DNA of 64,000 nucleotides from NCBI RefSeq assembly GCF_009914755.1, contig NC_060928.1, one strand, 5' to 3'. Made by a program: the position numbers and the translations under genes. This DNA comes from the human T2T-CHM13v2.0 reference genome, Homo sapiens. Of this stretch, positions 12,040 through 26,718 are shown one piece after another; position 1 is the stretch's first letter; each line of letters starts with the position of its first letter. The notes beneath the pieces are model-generated. The model did not search any database and was not told the origin of the DNA. It saw only the letters and a program-made list of their open reading frames with translations.

Positions 12040-14620
12040 CTAATAATGGCCACTGTTATTATCCCTCCCCTAACCCTGACCTGGCTCTTTCAAGATCCAA
12101 TTTGGGTAGAACAGTAGCCTTTAAAGGGAGAGAAATTACAAGGCCATGAATTAGTTGAGGAGCAATTAAAAGCTGGCCATATAGAACCATCAAACAGCTC
12201 TTGGAATTTGCCCATTTTCATCATTCCCAAAAGGTCTGGCAAGTGGAGACTTTTGCATGACTTATGGGCTATCAATGCTAATTTGCAACCTGTGGAGACC
12301 CTTCAACAGGGCCTCCCTTCCCCCATGATGATTCCTCAAGATTGGCCTATAGTCATTATTGACTTAAAAGACTGCTTTTATACTATTCCCCTTGCACAGG
12401 ACAGAGAAAAATTTGCATTTATAATACCAGCTATCAATAATGAAAGGCCAGCTCACCAATTTCATTGGAAAGTGCTTCCTCAAGGAACGCTAAACAGTCC
12501 TACCATGTGTCAGTATCACGTAAACCAGGCTTTGCTCCCCAGTAGAAAAGAATTTTCTAATTGCAGGATTATTCATTTGATGGATGATATTTTACTGGCA
12601 GCCCCAACAGAGCCAGTACTTTTAAGTTTGTATGCCTCTGTCATAAAGAATATACAGTTAAGAGGTTTAATCATAGCACCTGAAAAAGTACAAATGTCCT
12701 CTCCTTGGAAATATCTTGGATACATACTAAGATATTCCCAGTCAGTAAGACCTCAAAAGGTTAAATACTAGCAGCTTACATACCTTAAATTATTATCAAA
12801 AATTACTAGGTGATATTAACTGGCTTCATCCCACCTTGGGCATAACTACTGATAAGTTGCAAAATCTGTTTTCTATCCTAAAGGGCAATACAGCCCTAGA
12901 CTTTCCCAGGTATTTAACTACTGCAGCAAAAAGAGAAATTGAGGAAATAGAGCACGCTATTTCTCAGAGGCAACTAGATCTCACAGACCCAAAATATTCA
13001 GTTCAATTGTTTGTTTTTCCTACTAAACATTCCCCAACAGGATTAATAGGATGGAGGCCCCAGGGCTACACTTCCTAGAGTGGGTTATTTGCTCACATAC
13101 AGGGACTAAAACTCTATCTTCCTATATCCAGCTAGTTAATAAAGTCATCTATTCAGGCCACAGATGATGCAATCAGTTGCTAGGTTATGACCCTGATGTC
13201 ATCAGAATTCCTTTAAGCAAAAAGCAATTTGAAGCAGTATTGCCCCATCTCTAGATTTTCAGATAGCACTCTCTGATTACACAGGCCATATAGAGCATGC
13301 CCTTCCTGCTGATAAACTACTTCAGTTCTTATCTTGTACTCCTGTAGTTGTGCCTACAAAAGAAGTTCACTCTCCCATACCTAACACTTTAACGCTTTTT
13401 ACTGATGGCTCTGGTAAACATGGAAAAGCGGCTATCTGGTGGAAACCACATAATTCCCTCATTCGTTCTGGATTTACTAGCCCTCAGAGAGCTGAGGTTG
13501 AAGCCTTAATATTGGCCCTGGAAATTTTTTCCACTCAGACTATCAACATTGTTAGTGATCCTGCTTACTCTGTTTATTTATTGCAGAACCTTAAACCAGC
13601 CCTCATTAAGTCCACTCTTGAGCCCACCCTGTGTGCACTTTTTCTGCTACTTCATCAATTGCTAGATCAATGTACACATCCTATTTTTATAACACACATT
13701 TGAGCCCACACCTCACTGCCTGGCCTACTAGTTCATGGTAAGAATCAAGCAGGCCTGCAAATTATGATGTCACTACTTGACCAAGCCACCCAATAGCATC
13801 AGTTTTTCCACCAAAGTTGGAGAAACTTAACTAAACAATTTCAACTTACCCAAAGACTAGCTAAACAAATTATCCTGCAATGCTCAGATTGCCAGCTCAC
13901 AGGCACATCCCCCTCCTTCAACAGGTGTTAACCCTAGAGGACTAGAACCTAATCAGTTATGGCAAACAGATGTTACACACATCCCTGAATTTGGAAAACT
14001 AAGATATGTACATGTATCCATTGATACCAATTCTCACCTAGTTAGCACACATGCTTTTCCTGGAGAGTCCACTCAATATGTTATTAAACATCTTCTCTTA
14101 ACTTTTGCTTTTATGGGGCAGCCCACAAAAATTAAAACTGATAATGATCTGGCTTATGCCAGCTCACAATTTCAACAATTTTGTCACACATGAAACATCC
14201 AACATTCCGGAGGCATCCCGTATAGCCCCCAAGGACAGGCCATATTAGAATGTGCCCACTCCACTCTTAAAAATATGCCCAGAAAACAAAAAAGGGGGAA
14301 TATGAGTAAGGACCCTGCAACACTACTAGCACAAGCACTATTTATCCTTAATTTAAAAAATTTAGATGATACATTTCAATCAGCCATAGAAAAGCACTTT
14401 GCTAAAACTTCTCAAGACATAAAACCTGCAGATTTATGGAAAGATGTAAATAGTAATGTATGGTGTGGTCCAAATGATTTGCTAAAATGAGGAAGAGGAT
14501 ATGCTTGTGTTCACACCCCCTCAGGTCCTCTTTGGATTCCAGCACAATGCATCAAACCATACCATGGCGGGGCTAGGACCCAACCCGGTACCCGAAATGA
14601 AGGAGTTAACCCTACAAGAC
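12040..14620 (+). pseudogene. pol: Disrupted pol (RT, RNase H, integrase)
   Basis: PIFIIPKRSGKWRLLHDL, IIDLKDCFYTIPL, WKVLPQG, IIHLMDDILL; RNase H FTDGSG; integrase WQTDVTH and KTDN; multiple stops and frameshifts. Confidence 0.93.
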
Positions 14621-16500
14621 CCACAGCCCCGGACAATGTGGCTTCCACAGATGACACAAGCCCCAAACATCACCTGGGGGATGCTGAAGAAGATGACTTA
14701 GGAGGCTGAGCAAATCCTGCTCTGGACACAGACACCATTCACTCCAGATAATCTGTTCCTTGCTATGCTTTCTGTTGTACATCGCAACTCTTGTAGGACC
14801 TTTTTTATTCTCTCACTTTGCCTGCAACCTGTACCTGCTACACTCTATTAAGCCCATCTTCTAAATCCTCCTTTTTTCTGCCCTGTTACTTAGGCAGATA
14901 CCCCCTTCCCAGCCTCTAATAACATAACTGTTTGGCTGGGAGGGATAGATTTACCCCCAGTGGGGTCCCTCATTAATGGCACACATTGGACTAAGGTGCC
15001 AGGTAACAGTACATATCACTCCACTATCTTCCCACTGTGTGTTAGTTATAAAAGTTCTAACCCTTACTGTGTACCTGCCCAAACACAATTATGGCTACAT
15101 CATGGCAAAGGAAATGCCTTAACAGTCTTAGTTGCAGGTAGCCTCAAACTGGGCCACGCAATTAATGCCACTTTCCCAAACATTCCTCCCTGTGCTAAAG
15201 AACAAAGTCAGGAAAGTAATGGATTCCATTTTAGCTGGGAGGTCTGTCACGGGGACAAGCCCATAGTCCCCAGTTAGGCAATTATAACATCTTAGACTGG
15301 AGCCCCCACAGCCATTTGCAGGGCGATTGTACTGATGTCCACGTCTATCATGGCATCAATGACAGTTTCATAGCCACGTCCCATTCCCCTATAATTTGGG
15401 CCAATAAGGGAATGGGATATCCCAGACCCCACGTAAGGTCCATGCCACCCCAGTACAATTTATGGCACCTGGGACATCTTGGCACCTCCCTTAACACCTG
15501 GCATGGGACATATCATAATCCAGTCACAATAATACTATGACCTTTTTTCATAATCACACTGATCAGTGCCTGATTTACACTACCCATCCATATGTTTTCC
15601 TTATGTGAGCCAATATTTCTATTACACCCTAAAACTCCTCGTTTGTGACCCGAGTGCAGGGACAGGCTTGGTTCGCCTCTTGTATCACTAATTATAATAT
15701 ATCTAATTTAAATATTACTAGTGTCATGGTACTGAGGAGACAATCTGAGGTTTTCCTACTAGTCAATTTAACATGCAATTGGCAAGGTTCCTCTGCCCTT
15801 GCCACCTTAGAACATGCCCTATCCCAGATCAGACACAAAAGATTCAGTTACACTGATAGCCTTTATAGTCTCAGCCATAGTCATCCTAGCAACTGCTAGT
15901 GTTGCTATAGCCATCTATTACTGAATCAGTACAAACAGCTACTTTTGTAGATAACTTGGCCAGTAATGTGTCTAATGAACTTCTCTTACAGCAGGGTATA
16001 GATCAAAAGATTCTTGCACATCTGCAAGCCCTCAAGGCTTCCTTGGAATATGTGGGGGAGCGACAAGATGCGTTGGCATTTTGACAGCAATTAAACTGTG
16101 ACTGGGAGCATAAGCATACCTGTGTCACTTCTCTACCTCGGAATCAATTGACACATAGTTGGGATGAGGTGAAACAACACCTCTGGGGAATCTTACAAGA
16201 TAATTTAACAGCAGACATAAGGCAACTTAAAACTAGAATTTTGGAATCCCTAAATGCCGTAGATCTACACACCCAACAAACAGCCATATGGAAGGATGTG
16301 TGAGAACATCTCTCTTGGATAAAACCCCACTCCTGGTGGGGGTCACTCCTTGATTGGAAAAGAATGTTACTGATTATACTCATGTTTGTCTTATGTTATT
16401 TACTAATTCTAGGATGCAAAGCCACAACATGAGCAGTGACTTCTGCGCCAGACAAACCTGTTGCTGCACACATCTGTGCTCTTCAATTAACAAAACCTGA
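14620..16500 (+). pseudogene. env: Disrupted env
   Basis: Cys-rich SU fragments, furin-like site IRHKRF near 15830-15845, hydrophobic fusion peptide, TM CDWEHKHTC motif, membrane anchor; many stops. Confidence 0.82.
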
Positions 16501-16554
16501 TGCAAAAAACAACAACAACAACAAAAAAAAAAAAACAAACAGAAAAGGGGTAGA

Positions 16555-17358
<804 letters not shown>

Positions 17359-17889
17359 ATACAGGCAAGCTCAGAGAGTACTGTAATAAATATTTCTCTA
17401 TCCAACATGCAGAATGAACAAAGGTTAATGTGTAACTTTTGTTTCAGATGTTTTCATATAAAGTAGATGTAAGACTTGGTGAAAATAGGGTTATCTTGCA
17501 GCTGGACTGAAACAGCACTATGCTTATCTGCAGGGATGCACGGAAGTCTGGTATGACCCTTGGCCAAAGTAGGATTAGGTATACTAGTTAATGATTTATA
17601 TTATGCTGTTTAAAAACTGAAACTCTTTTGGAAGGACTCTGTACTAACTAGCTTACTTAGTTTAAAAATATATAAATTACTGGTTTGCACCTAGTTTGAC
17701 CAATTTTACAGCCTGGCTTTAGCTGTGTGGCTCGGAGTATATGAAAGACCTCTCTACATATTTATTTCCTGGGCTCCCCTAAAACTAGGATAGCCTGTGC
17801 ATATCTTGATGGTTCATTATCTGAAGTTGACATATGCTGTGCAACTGAAAAAGGGCCCTAGGGCTGTGTCTGGTAGTTTTCAGACCTCC

Positions 17890-18600
17890 CTATGATTGCT
17901 TGCACTTTCTTTCTACGTTTGTGTTGAGCCGTATTTTTTACCTTTACCATCTGTTTGTTGTTGCTATATAGAAATGCAATTGCTTTTGGTACATTTATTT
18001 TGCATCCAAGAAAATTGACCAGCTCATAATTTCTAAAATAGAGCTACAAATCTTTGGGATTTTCTAACTACACGCACATATCATCAGTACATAATATTTT
18101 TTATTTTTAATCCCTGTTTTTTTTTATTGCACTGAATAGAAATTCCAGGAAAATGTTAAACAAAGTGACGTTAGCAGTTACTGTTGTCTTTTTCCTGTTG
18201 TTAAAAGGAATGCTTTCGATATGTCACCATTATTTATGGTGTTTACCTTTTAACAGATTAAGGAATTTCACTTTGTACTTGATTTTTGTTTGAGGTTTTG
18301 CTGTTCCTTTTTAATCTTAAATACTTCTTGTATTTTATAAATTCTTTTTCTGTATCAGAAATAATGACATGATTTTACTTTTTTATTCTTTTAGTATGGC
18401 AAATTACATTAATTTTCTAGTGTTAAACACCTTCTTGGGGAATAAGCTCAATTTGTTGTGCATATGTATATGTACACATACATACACACACATTGATTTA
18501 TATATATTGCTACATTCAATGTATTAATATTTCTGTTTAATATTTTTGCATTTTAATAGACAATGTGACTTGTGATTTTCCCTCTTCCTAGTGTACTCAG
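17890..18600 (-). mobile_element. Old L1M ORF2 fragment
   Basis: T-rich degenerate L1 antisense motifs (tatatagaaatgcaattgctttt, aaggaatgctttc). Confidence 0.6.
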
Positions 18601-18619
18601 TAATTATCAAGAGAATACT

Positions 18620-20330
18620 AAAATATATTTCAGGTGCTCCTCATTGCATCTGATGGTTTAGTGCCTATCCTCTGCTATTCTAGAATTCTACCATTTGCGT
18701 TGCGAGTCAGGAGCCTAGTTCTTTCTATAACAGCTCCAACCGTTCTCTCTAACAGAGAAAACAGCCATTACTGATGTAACCAATGATCCTCATGTCCCAC
18801 TTCACAGTAGATTCTTACTGACTTTGTGAGCAGAATGTCCTCTAGGTCTTCCTGAGGAAAATATTAGCATTCCCAATTCTCTGAACCTATCCCTTCCTTC
18901 GCAACTGGCCACAACAGCTCTTTGCCTTTTCTTTGATTGCAGGTCATACCTCACAGGCTTCTGGGTGCCAATCTAGAAAGTATTACCACAGCTCATGCCT
19001 GAGTGTTAAAAACTGTGTCACATAGAATGCTCCCTATTGACAAACTTTCCTTTGTTTAGCAGAAGCCCTCAAGACAGTGTCATCCAACACAAGGTAACCA
19101 TATTCTGCACTTCCTTTGTCCTACAATATTTCCTCCTTTGACAGCCCCATCACATCCCTCATCAAGATAAGCTGAGATTTGACTTGCTATGGTTTTGTTG
19201 GTCAGTGGTGAATATGAGGGCCGATTGCTTTTTGACAAGCATTGTTTTTGAGACTTCTATTCTGGAACATGAGAGAATTTACCACTCTGCAAAAGATTCA
19301 AGGGAAGCTGGATTCAAGGTTCTCAAATGCATCACCTTAGGTCTCAAGTTTCAGGGTTTCACTCCTTCCCTAGCAGTGTCCTCGCTTCAGCATGGGAGAC
19401 TTACCAACACTGAAAATTCAGCCTCCCTTGAAGCCTCTTCCACTTCTACAATTAAGTCCTGGGCCTAAATCATCAGCTCTGTTGGCCCTCTGGCTGTGGA
19501 AGATGAGAGTTTCGTGAAACACTTTCAAAAAGTCCTTTGAATGTCACTCTAAACTTTAAGTTCTTAATATATGTAAGCCTGTCATTTTCTCTTTTCAACA
19601 AATCATTTGCGATTAGCAGCAGACATCCAACTCCATAGTCCTTATAGTTATGATTTCCCCAATCTTCTCAAATGCTCAAGAAACTATACTGTCTCATGTA
19701 TCTTCTTTCATCTGTATCCCATCCCAGCTCACCACAGGGGAAAGTCTTAGCAATCTTACTGGTCCAACATGCTAGTCACTATTAATATTCCACCTACCAC
19801 CAGTAACTGGATCTTTTTTGTAATCCAGCTGAGAAGAGTCAAATCCTACCCTAATGGTCTGTTTCATAGGCCCACTCCTGGCACACAACTATCCAAGATG
19901 TGGTTCCCTAGAAGCAGAGCCTGAGAAAAGGATTCTTGTTCAAAATTTATTCAGGGAGTGGAGAAGGAGAGGAAAGAACGAGCTTAGGGGAGGGAAACAC
20001 AAATGAAGTGAAAATAAAGTTTCAGATGGAGACTGTTTTCAACCTGATCTTACAAGTGAGCTCTAAGCACAAGTCACCCCCACAGAGTTGGTTACCCTTG
20101 AGATAAGAAGACTGGCTTTTTATACCCTCTTGTCATTCAGACATTGGCTGAGGGCTGTCCCTGGAGGATGGTGCATAACTTTCCAGGTGATCTGCATACC
20201 ATCATCTCAGGGCATTTCTTCAGAGAGGAAGAGCAGTTATGAGCTGTTAGTAGCTAATAGCCCCTGGGGCATGGGCGTACTGGCCAAATGAAAGGAATCT
20301 GGGCAAGGCATTGCAGCATATTTTATGGCC
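18620..20330 (-). mobile_element. MaLR/ERVL-like internal remnant plus MLT1-like LTR (~19885-20330)
   Basis: LTR terminus motif ggttccctagaagcagagcctgagaaaaggattcttg; adjacent degenerate gag-like sequence; family assignment tentative. Confidence 0.5.
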
Positions 20331-20949
20331 ACACTTCAGAACTGGGTTACAAAAAGTGGCTACCTCTTCTATAATCAGGAAGTCACTTGTTTCAGAACCA
20401 CCCTTTCACAGCTATAATTTGTCACTACAATAAGCAAAGGACCATACACAAGGAACCAGCATAATCAGAAAATCACTGTAATTCTGCTATCAGTGTCTCA
20501 AGATCTAAGCCAAATTGTTCCAATCTACATTAAAAAAAAAAATAGATGCTCTCCACCCTGCCTTTCAATATGCATGAAAAAGTAGCACATGGTCCCTGAG
20601 GCCTCTGCCAAAATTCCAGAAAGAGGAAGAATGTTCTACAACTTTGCTTGCCAAAAGGAGCAAAACCAGCATATCCTGATCCTGCATGAGCACATCTGAT
20701 TGTTTCTGAATCATGCTGGAATTTCACTTCAAGGAGCCTGGGAACCGTGCTTTAATGCTCCTATACAGTTCTCATTCAAGAAGTCACACCAGAAGGAGAG
20801 AGAAATGGATGGTCAGCCCCAGTCCACCAAATACATCTCCATCCACTCTTTTGTTATTCAGCATCTCTCAATATTAAAACTTGCAAACAAAGATATTAGC
20901 ACCAACAAGAGGCTAACACCTAAATTAATGTGACTTATGCCTCTGAAAC

Positions 20950-21900
20950 ATATCCTCTTAGTCTTCATATGACCAAAAATATCTTAATTTTACCTTAATT
21001 CTCAGGTTATAGTTTAGCTGCATAGAATTATAGGTTGATAGTGATTTTGCTTCAGAACATAGAAACTACGGTTTCACTGTTTTGAAATATTCAGTATAGC
21101 TACTGAGAAATCAGCTGCCAGTCTAACTTTCATGCCTGTATAGGTTTTCTGTTTTTTTCTGTCTGGTTTAAACTAAGTTTTGTTTTGATTTGTTTGTTTG
21201 TTTGTTTGATATTCTGCAATGTTGCTTTGGGTTTTCTAGGTATAATTCATTTTTGCTTTTCCCATTAGATCTTAATATACTCCTTCAACTTGAGACCCAT
21301 CTTCAGTTCTGGGATGGTCTGAGCCATTATCTCTGTTAGCACCTCCCTTGACCTAATTCTCTTTTTTTTCTTTTTCCCTGGAATTTTATCAGCATTTATC
21401 AATGGAATTCTTTTATTTTATTCTCTATGGATGTTTCATATTTTTCATCTCTGATTTATTTCTTGGTGTTTTTCTCTTTAATTTTCCAATTCAGTAATTA
21501 TTCTTCATTGATTTCTTCTGATCAATCTTTTAGTCGCATTGTTAAAACTTCAGTTTCTGTAAATTTTACTATTCTTAAAGTTTCCTCTTTAGTTTGTTTT
21601 CAGACTTACCTATTCTTTTATATGTTGCCTAGTTGTTACCCCTATGGTCTGCCAGATATTTTTGTGCCTGCAACATTTGTGCAAACTCTTCCATTTATTG
21701 CTTTACCTGACTCGTTCAAGTCATGTGTTCCTTCAAGTTGTTTACCTGCAGACATAGTGCCCACTACTAATCCTTATTGCCTTGTCAGGCCCTTACATCC
21801 CATGTTATTCATTGCCCTGAGTTTTAATTTCCTCTCCATTTATTTGTCCAATGATTCTCCTTTTTGGGGGAGTTCAAGTATATATTTCAGGGTTTTTTGC
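20950..21900 (-). mobile_element. Old L1M ORF1-region fragment
   Basis: tagtttagctgcatagaattataggttgatag..gctactgagaaatcagctgccagtctaa, typical of L1M ORF1 antisense. Confidence 0.55.
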
Positions 21901-23470
21901 TTTTTTTGTTATATTTTCTTTCTAAATTTATATGTTGAAATTGAGAAGGATTTCTCACATCTTCTCAGTCTGTCATAGCAACAAAAAGTATTCTGACATT
22001 GATTTGTTTTCCATACACTAAAGAAGAAACAAAAAGCAGTTTCAGCATCTCTCTGGTAATTTAATGAAATGAAATTATTTGCAATAAGGCACTGTTTAAG
22101 ATGACCTTACCTTGTCACTTTGCAGGGAGGAGATGGATGCTACCCGGAGAAGATGGAGAGAGAATCCATTACACCTCACTTCCCATTAATATGCCCTCAG
22201 TTGTTACTGGTACAATCAAACTTGCAAGAGGAGGTTAAAATATATCTGTCAATGTCAAACATATTTGCAGTTAGAATGCAGATATGCTATTTTGGTATAT
22301 AAAATAATTTCTTTTTATTATATAACCAAGGTCTTTGGTAAATAAAAAGCTAATGCAAATAAGCCCAGTTGCTGAAATATATATCTCTAATAACTTGAAA
22401 ATATATTTCTCATGGAGAATTGCTTCAGCATCTTTTCATGTTTCGGCACTTTATCTCATCCTCCTCTCCATCCTCCTCAGTCAACACAAAAGTGGCCCCA
22501 TGCAAAGTTGCTTCATCGCCACAGAACCTTGTCTTCTCAGTCTCACAATGGCAGCTGATCAAGACAAAGCAGGCAACCACAGAATGTGATGAGTGAAGGT
22601 GCCAATTGCAGGGCCACTGGGTGCTTAATGGGACTCCACTGAGATTCTCCCCTGGCATTACGTTGTCTGAAGCTGAGAAGTATGGCCATCACAGATGGGC
22701 AGAGAACCCTCTAAGGTATAGAAACCCAAGGAAGGGGGCCAGTGAAAGGTTTTCTTCCACATGATATCAAGTGGTCATTATTATTTTCCCCTTCAAAAAA
22801 GAGAAAGAGTAAATAAGTTAGACCATCATGGTCCTAAGAGTTCCTTCTACCAGTTAGTCATATGTGTGCAGCAAGTTAATACAGTACTAAGGTTTTGAAT
22901 TACAGAGGGTTTCCCTTCTCATTTTCTATTCTGATGAAGTGTTATTTATTCTTTGTAACAGTCAACTATCTCTTTTCTAATATTCTAAAACTGCCATACT
23001 AGGATGAAATAAAGCTATTAGCACATACAAGGAACAGAAGATTACTGTTCCAAAATTATTTTCTTTGTATTGACACCAACCAGTTACAGACCTACTGTGG
23101 ATCTGCTGACAGTCAATAAAAATATTAACAAATATGGTTTAGCACTCTTTATAAAATACTAAATTAAGAAAACCACCAACACAAATGCCTTGGAAAGTAA
23201 AATGACAGTGTTTTTGTTTTGCTTAATATTAACCATTACCTAAAGAATTAAGTAATCTTTTTAAAAAATTTCAATTTTTATTTTAGATACAAGGAGCACA
23301 TGTGCAGGTTTATTACATGGATATATTGTATAATGCCAGGGTTTGGGGTACAGATTCTGTCACCCAGGTAGTGAGCATAGTACCCAATAGGTAGTTTCTC
23401 AACCCACTCTCCCCTCCCTCCTTCCTGCCTCTAGTAGTCTGCAGTGTCCATTGTTCCATTGTTGCATTGA

Positions 23471-23934
<464 letters not shown>

Positions 23935-24440
23935 AATTTTGTTCTTTTTTATGGCTGTGTAGTATTCCCCAGTATATATGTGCCACATTATCTTTATCCA
24001 GTCTACCCATTGATGTGCACCTAAGTTGATTCCATATCTTTGCTATTGTGAATAGTACAACATATGAGTGATTGTGTCCTTTTGGTAGAATGATTTATTT
24101 TCCTTTGAGTATATAACCAGTAATAGGATCACTGGGTCAAATTGTAGCTCTGTTTTAAGTTCTTTGGAAATCTCCAGATTGCTTTCTGCAGTGGCTGCAC
24201 TAATTTACACTCCTACCAACAGTGTGTAAGCATTCTCTTTTCTCTGCAGCCTCACCAAATATGATTTTTTTCTTCTTTTTTACTTTTTAATAATAGCCAT
24301 TCTGACTGGTATGAGATGGCATCTCATTGTGTTTTTGATTTGCATTTCTGTGATAATTAGTGATGTGAAGCATTTTTTCATATGTTGGTGGGCCATTTGT
24401 ATGCCTTCTTTTGAAAAGTGTCTGTTAATGTTCCTTGTCC

Positions 24441-26718
24441 ATTTTTTTTTATTATACTTTAAGTTCTGGAATACATGTGCAGAATGTGCAGGTTTGTTAC
24501 ATAGGTATACATGGGCCATGGTGGTTTGCTGCACCTATCAACCCATCATCTACATTAGATATTTCTCCTAATGCTATGCCTCCCCTAGACTCCCACCCAA
24601 TGACAGGCCCCAGTGTGTGATGTACCCCTCCCTGTGTCCATGTGTTCTCATTGTTCAACTCCCATTTATGAGTGAGAACATGTGGTGTTTGGTCTTCTGT
24701 TCTTGTGTTAGTTTGCTAAGAATGACGGTTTCCAGCTTCATCCAAGTCCCTGCAAAGGACATGAACTCATCCTTTTTTATTGTTGCATAGTATTCTATGG
24801 TGTATATGTGACACATTTTCTTTATCCAGTCTATGATTGATGGGCATTTGGGTTAGTTCCAAGTCTTTACTATTGTGAATAGTGCTGCAATAAACATACT
24901 TGTGCATGTGGCTTTATAAAATGATTTATAATCCTTTGGGTATATGCCCAGTAATGGGATCACTGGGTCAAATGGTATTTCTGGTTCTAGATACTTGAGG
25001 AATTGCCACACTGTCTTCCATAATGGTTGAACTAATTTATACTCCCACCAACAGTGTAAAAGTGGTCCTATTTCTCCACATCCTCTCCAGCATCTGTTGT
25101 TTCCTGACTTTTAGTGATCACCATTCTAACTGACATGAGATGGTATCTCATTGTGGTTTTGATTTGCATTTCTCTGATGACCAGTGATGATGAGCTTTTT
25201 TTCATATGTTTGTTGGCCACATAAATGTCTTTTTTTGAGAAGTATCTGTTCATATCCTTAGCCCAGTTTTTGATGGGGTTGTTTTTTTCCTTGTAAACCT
25301 GTTTATGTTCTTTGCAGATGCTGGATATCAGCCCTTTGTCACATGGATAGATTGTAAAAATTTTCTCTCATTCTGTAGGTTGCCTATTCACTCTGATGAT
25401 AGTTTCTTTGCTGTGCAGAAGCTCTTTAGTTTAATTAGATCCCATTTGTAAATTTTGGCTTTTGTTGCCATTGCTTTTGGTGTTTTAGTCATGAAGACTC
25501 TGTCCATGCCTATGTCCTGAATGGTATTGCCTAGGTTTTCCTCTAGGGTTTTTGTGGTATTAGGTCTTACGTTTATGTCTTTAATCCATCTTGAATTAAT
25601 TTGCATATAAGGTGTAAGGAAGGGGTCCAGTTTCAGTTTTCTGCATATGGCTAACCAGTTTTCCCAGCACCATTTATTAAATAGGGAATCCTTTCCCCAT
25701 TGCTTGTTTTTGTCAGGTTTGTCAAAGATCATAATTCATCACATAAACAGAACCGATGATGAAAACCACGATTATCTCAATAGATGCAGAAAAGGCCTTT
25801 GATAAAATTCAACAGTCCTTCATGCTAAAAACTCTCAATAAACTAGGTATTGATGGAACGTATCTCAGAATAATAACAGCTATTTATGACAGACCCACAG
25901 CCAATATCATACTGATTGGGCAAACCTGGAAGCATTCCCTTTGAAAACTAGCACAAGACAAGGATGCCCTCTCTCACCACTCCTATTCAACATAGTATTG
26001 GAAGTTCTGGCCCCAGCAATCAGGCAAAAGAAAGAAATAAAGCGTATTCGAATAGGAAGAGAGGAAGTCAAATTGCCTCTGTTTGTAGATGACATGATTG
26101 TATATTTAGAAAACCCCATCATCTCAGCCCAAAATCTCCTTAAGCTGATAAGCAACTTCAGCAAAGTCTCAGGATACAAAATCAATGTGCAAAAATCACA
26201 AGCATTCCTATACACAAATAATAGACAAACAGAGAGCCAAATCATGAGCAAACTCCCATTCACAATTGCTACAAAGAGGATAAAATACCTAGGAATACAA
26301 CTTACAAGGGATATGAAGGATGTCTTTGAGGAGAACTACAAACCACTGCTCAAGGAAATAAGAGAAGACATAAACAAATGGAAAAACATTCCATGCTCAT
26401 GGATAGGAAGAATCAATATCATGAAAATGGCCATACTGCCCAAAGTCATTTATAGATTCAATGCTATCCCCATCAAGCTACCATTGACTTTCTTCACAGA
26501 ATTAGAAAAAAAAACCTTACATTTTACATGAAACCAAAAAAGAGCTCGTATAGCCAAGACAATACTAAGCAAAAAGAACAAAGCTGGAAGCATCATGCTA
26601 TCTGACTTCAAACTATACTACAAGGCTATAATAACCAAAACAGCATGGTACTGGTACCAAAACAGATATATAGACCAATGGAACAGAACAGAGGCCTCAG
26701 AAATAACGCCATACATCT
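24441..26718 (-). mobile_element. 5'-truncated, 5'-inverted L1PA7-like element nested in the older L1
   Basis: Minus-strand 3'UTR/ORF2 24441-25730 and plus-strand ORF2 RT segment 25731-26718 ([28 protein letters not shown]); TSD C(C/T)TTG(T/C)CCATTTTT at 24433 and 26717. Confidence 0.92.

Noticed and set aside
12208-12771. 187-aa RT ORF as a functional reverse transcriptase
   Set aside because: Fragment of a decayed HML-5 pol, bounded by stops and frameshifts, with no ATG start
21427-21978. 183-aa hydrophobic ORF resembling a membrane protein
   Set aside because: F/S/L-rich translation of T-rich, degenerate L1-antisense sequence; no family motif or splice context
25941-26531. 196-aa RT-like ORF
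   Set aside because: Inverted arm of a truncated L1 ORF2; not an independent gene
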